Made by a program: the position numbers and the translations under genes
In this document: in pieces, positions 61,317 to 64,000 of the stretch
How positions within the stretch are numbered: position 1 is the stretch's first letter
Layout: each line of letters starts with the position of its first letter
The notes under the pieces: generated by a model
Seen by the model: the letters and a program-made list of their open reading frames with translations, nothing else
Databases searched by the model: none
What the model was told of the DNA's origin: nothing
From: Nitrososphaerota archaeon
GTDB taxonomy: Archaea > Thermoproteota > Nitrososphaeria > PSMU01
NCBI GenBank assembly: GCA_040290255.1
Contig: PSMU01000001.1
Span: 224,001 to 288,000 of the forward strand
Length of the DNA stretch: 64,000 bases
Reading direction: 5' to 3'

Positions 61317-61616
61317 ATGTCTTCTTCTAAACGCTCTCCAGCCTCGGCCTCAAAGGCCAAGAAGGCCAAAGCCGCGGAGGCCAAGTTTAACCCCCTAGAG
61401 CACGTGCTCGTGCCTAGGCATGAGATCCTGAGCGAGGAGGAGGCGAGGGAGGTGCTCCAGCGATACCGCGTGACGCCCGATAAGCTTCCATACATCCTGA
61501 GCTCGGACCCGGTGGTGAAGGCCTTGGGCGCGAAGCCCGGGCAGCTCCTGCGCATAGTGAGGAGGAGCCCGACGGCCGGCGAGAGCGTCTACTATAGGGT
61601 GGTGGTGGAGGGATGA
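61317..61616 (+). CDS. rpoH: RNA polymerase subunit Rpo5 (H)
   Basis: H.LVP.H, LP.I...DP, GA.PG and R.S.TAG...YYR motifs. Confidence 0.96.
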   Translation: MSSSKRSPASASKAKKAKAAEAKFNPLEHVLVPRHEILSEEEAREVLQRYRVTPDKLPYILSSDPVVKALGAKPGQLLRIVRRSPTAGESVYYRVVVEG

Positions 61617-64000
61617 CCACCGCCCCTCAGCAGGCCAAGCTCGAGACCTGGCCCATCATAAAGGCGATGCTCGCCGAGAAGGGCATCGCCAAGCAGCACC
61701 TGGACTCCTATAACGAATTCATCACGAGGGGCATTCAGAGCATCGTGGATGAAGTGGGCAAGGTGGAGATAGAGGCCCCGCCCACGCCCTACGTTATAAC
61801 CTTCGGCAGGGTGCGCCTGGAGCCCCCGCAGGTCATGGAGATTTCGGGCGCCCCCTCCAGGATCCTGCCGCTGGAGGCCCGGCTCAGGAACCTGACCTAT
61901 GCCAGCCCCCTGAAGCTCGAGCTGACCATCGAGGAGAAGGGCCAGCCCAAGACGGTCGTGGCCACGATAGGCTACCTGCCGGTCATGGTGAAGTCGAGCA
62001 TTTGTTACCTCTCCAGGATGACGCCCGAGCAGCTGATCGAGGCGGGCGAGGACCCGCTTGACCCCGGTGGCTACTTCATAATAAACGGCTCCGAGAGGGT
62101 GATCGTGGGCCTTGAGGACCTGACCCCCAACAAGGCCATCGTGGAGGTCGAGAAGGTCGGAAACTCGACCGTCTACAGGGCTAGGATTCACTCCTCCATC
62201 GTGGGCTTCCGGGCCAAGTTGGAGCTGGTGCTCAAGTCCAACGGCTCCGTGGTCGTGAAGGCCCCCCAGATGCCCACGGAGATACCCGTCGTCATCCTGC
62301 TGAAGGCGCTGGGCCTCGAGAAGGATAAGGATGTGGCGGAGGCCATTTCGCTAAGGCCCGAGGTGCAGGAGATCCTGGAGGTCTCCTTCGAGGAGGCCGC
62401 GGACGTGGCCACCACGCACGATGCGCTCGTCTACCTGGGCAACAGGCTGGCGCCCGGCATGGCCGAGGACATGAGGATCAAAAAGGCCGAGAACTTCCTT
62501 GACGTGGTCGTGCTGCCGCATATAGGCAGGGACTCCTCCTCGAGGCTGGCGAAGGCCTACTTCTTGGCCGATGCGGTGCTTAAGCTGCTGGAGCTCCGGC
62601 TGGGCTGGATAGAGCCCGATGACAAGGACCACTATGGCAACAAGGTGATTAAGCTGGCCGGCCAGCTGCTGGCGGACATCTTCAGGACGGCCTTCAGGAA
62701 CCTCGTGGCCGACATGAAGTACCAGCTTGAGAGGACGGGCAGGAGGGACTCGGGCGCCGTCGTCGCGGCCATAAGGCCCGGCATCATAACGGATAAGCTG
62801 GCCAACGCCATCGCGACGGGCAACTGGGGCAGGGGCAGGGTGGGCGTCACGCAGCTGCTCGACAGGACGAACTACATCTCCACGCTCAGCCACCTCAGGA
62901 GGATTCAGTCGCCCCTGAGCAGGAGCCAGCCCAACTTCGAGGCCCGCGAGCTGCATCCCACCCAGTTCGGGCGCGTTTGCCCGGTGGAGACGCCGGAGGG
63001 CGCCAACGTGGGCCTCGTCAAGAACCTGGCGCTCTCGGCCATCATCTCCGTGACGGTGCCCAGCGACTACGTCCTGGAGCACCTGAGGAGGCTTAGGATG
63101 GTGGACGTGGCGGAGGCCGAGGCCGAGGTCAGGACCAACTACTGGCGCGTCTTCCTGGGGGGATCCCTAGTGGGCTACGTGCAGGACGGCCACGAATTCG
63201 TGAGGAGGCTTAGGGAGCTCAGGCGCAGCGGGGAGCTTAACCCGGAGGTGAACGTGGGCATCGTCGAGCCCAAGGACCCAAGGGGCACGAGGAGAATATA
63301 CATCAACATAGGCGCCGGCAGGGTGCTGCGCCCGCTCGTCGTCGTCAAGGACGGCGCGCCGCTGCTGAGGCCCGAGCACGTGCAGGCCCTGAAGGAGGGC
63401 AGGATCAGCTGGCAGGACCTCGTGAGCCTGGGCATCATCGAGCTCCTGGACGCGGACGAGGAGGAGAGCTGCCTGGTGGCCGTGGACCAGGAACATATAC
63501 GCCCTGAGACGACCCACATGGAGCTCTATCCCCCCTCCATCCTCGGCGTGGCGGCCAGCCTGATCCCGTTCCCGGAGCACAACCAGTCGCCCAAGAACAC
63601 CTATGAGGCGGCGATGGCAAAGCAGAGCCTCGGCTTCCCGTTCTCGAACTACCAGTTCGTGCCCTACGTGCGCTACCACCTGCTGCTGTACCCGCAGACG
63701 CCGCTGACCGTCACGGAGACCTCGGAGCTCCTGAACATAGACCAGCGGCCCATCGGGCAGGAGTGCGTCGTGGCCGTCCTCTCCTACGATACCTATAACG
63801 TGGAGGACGCGATCGTGGTGAACAAGGCGGCGCTGGAGAGGGGCCTGGCCCGCTCCGTGACCTTCAGGGTCTACGAGGCGGAGGCCAAGCAGTACCTGGG
63901 CGGCATGAAGGACGTCTTCGAAGTTCCCGACCCCTCTCAGGACATCAGGGGCTACAAGGGCGAGAAGTACTATAGGTTCCTGGAGGGCGACGGCGTGGTG
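61613..64000 (+). CDS. rpoB: RNA polymerase subunit Rpo2 (B), unsplit, 3' end outside the window (missing from the ORF track)
   Basis: ATG 61613 (ATGA overlap with rpoH): QHLDSYNEF, DPGGYFIINGSE, DDKDHYGNK, ETPEG.NVGLVKN, HNQSP and YN.EDA all read in one frame to the window end. Confidence 0.96.
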   Translation, partial: MTTAPQQAKLETWPIIKAMLAEKGIAKQHLDSYNEFITRGIQSIVDEVGKVEIEAPPTPYVITFGRVRLEPPQVMEISGAPSRILPLEARLRNLTYASPLKLELTIEEKGQPKTVVATIGYLPVMVKSSICYLSRMTPEQLIEAGEDPLDPGGYFIINGSERVIVGLEDLTPNKAIVEVEKVGNSTVYRARIHSSIVGFRAKLELVLKSNGSVVVKAPQMPTEIPVVILLKALGLEKDKDVAEAISLRPEVQEILEVSFEEAADVATTHDALVYLGNRLAPGMAEDMRIKKAENFLDVVVLPHIGRDSSSRLAKAYFLADAVLKLLELRLGWIEPDDKDHYGNKVIKLAGQLLADIFRTAFRNLVADMKYQLERTGRRDSGAVVAAIRPGIITDKLANAIATGNWGRGRVGVTQLLDRTNYISTLSHLRRIQSPLSRSQPNFEARELHPTQFGRVCPVETPEGANVGLVKNLALSAIISVTVPSDYVLEHLRRLRMVDVAEAEAEVRTNYWRVFLGGSLVGYVQDGHEFVRRLRELRRSGELNPEVNVGIVEPKDPRGTRRIYINIGAGRVLRPLVVVKDGAPLLRPEHVQALKEGRISWQDLVSLGIIELLDADEEESCLVAVDQEHIRPETTHMELYPPSILGVAASLIPFPEHNQSPKNTYEAAMAKQSLGFPFSNYQFVPYVRYHLLLYPQTPLTVTETSELLNIDQRPIGQECVVAVLSYDTYNVEDAIVVNKAALERGLARSVTFRVYEAEAKQYLGGMKDVFEVPDPSQDIRGYKGEKYYRFLEGDGVV

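Noticed and set aside
61592-63679. Minus-strand ORFs over the last 2.4 kb
   Set aside because: Shadows of rpoB, which the track omitted because its stop codon lies outside the window.
1-64000. CRISPR arrays, IS elements, proviruses, inteins
   Set aside because: No regularly spaced repeats, transposase or integrase motifs, or tRNA 3'-end duplications seen; protein lengths leave no room for inteins.

Overview
Gene-dense, high-GC archaeal chromosome segment, most consistent with a thermophilic, deep-branching Nitrososphaeria (Thaumarchaeota)/TACK lineage: unsplit RpoB, topoisomerase VI, eL13, CofG/CofH, and thaumarchaeal-type small proteins and FtsZ-like protein. It is mostly core housekeeping: thiamine/B6 genes, class II LysRS, the KEOPS/uS15/RecJ/eS1 cluster, complex I, GcvPA/PB, MetRS, SAH hydrolase, translation factors, SOD, threonine synthesis and rpoH-rpoB. 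I saw no CRISPR array, integrase or transposase. Main observations: (1) seven tRNA genes carry eight BHB-type introns, including a three-intron tRNA-Tyr, a two-intron tRNA-Ile2 and four introns at T-loop position 59/60, two of them sharing sequence; (2) a split, divergently transcribed '2M' complex I (nuoK-M-L-M-N) whose NuoL lateral helix is about 26 aa longer than usual, with nuoD absent from the window; (3) metG has no in-frame ATG/GTG/TTG upstream of its HIGH motif, and at least one other gene appears to start at CTG; (4) a degenerate FtsZ/tubulin-like protein, a haloarchaeal-type phosphomevalonate decarboxylase, a Cys-type Thi4 and a possible ribophorin-I-like membrane protein. All calls come from reading motifs by eye; no database searches were run.
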